NCBI RefSeq assembly: GCF_037042905.1
Contig: NC_087252.1
Coordinates: forward strand, 2,110,001 to 2,174,000
Direction: 5' to 3'
Length of the DNA: 64,000 nucleotides
DNA from: Lytechinus pictus
Lineage: Eukaryota
The first letter of the stretch is position 1, and every line of letters begins with the position of its first letter. A program made the translations under genes and the position numbers. The notes beneath the pieces are model-generated. The model was not told the DNA's origin. It was given only the letters and a program-made list of their open reading frames with translations, and ran no database searches. Shown here piece by piece: positions 63,594 through 64,000 of the stretch.

Positions 63594-64000
63594 GTACCAG
63601 TATTTGTTTTTGCTAATATAATTGAACATTATCCTAGGACATTATATTAACACGAAAATCCCATGTACCTGAATATGTATTTCAACTTGTATAAGACACC
63701 TGATTGGTCTGCTGCCCTTTTCATGTAATAACTCGACAGTCATCAAAATGTTGACCAAATTACTTCATCATCGGTGAAGGTTGCAATACAAAAATCCCTC
63801 TCTCTACCCCAATAAAAAAACATATATATACTAGATTCAGAAACGGGAAGAAAACAAGACAGGCAAAAAGAATGTAAATTCAACAAGTTCTATCGTATGT
63901 TCGAGGTGCAATTTTAACGAATGAAACCTTTTAATACGCCATTATGACTGTTACAACAGCCCGTAGGCAGTAGACCTTCAATTAAAACAAGTTTATTACT

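Overview
AT-rich, intron- and transposon-dense animal genomic DNA; the repeat types and architecture suggest a marine deuterostome such as a sea urchin (inference). The window spans about one period (~62.7 kb) of a tandem gene duplication on the + strand. It holds the 3' part of copy 1 (11 coding exons, 644-27952) and the 5' part of copy 2 (34857-~63600). I joined exons by hand through GT-AG junctions that are all phase 1. The composite protein is a ~1,490-aa type I membrane receptor: signal peptide, IgV-like domain, C1-like Ig domain, transmembrane helix, then about 12 tandem ~80-95-aa helical death-fold-like modules, nearly one per exon. The first six modules form an (A-B)x3 repeat. Copy 2 looks damaged or truncated: a 2.9-kb foldback DNA transposon splits its first death-like exon and adds a stop, and a later splice donor is missing. 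Its first coding intron carries a very young intact Ty3/gypsy LTR element nested in a Tc1/mariner-type element, plus an intron-containing tRNA-Tyr gene. Many LINE remnants and MITEs are present. Domain calls come from motif reading only, not from database searches.
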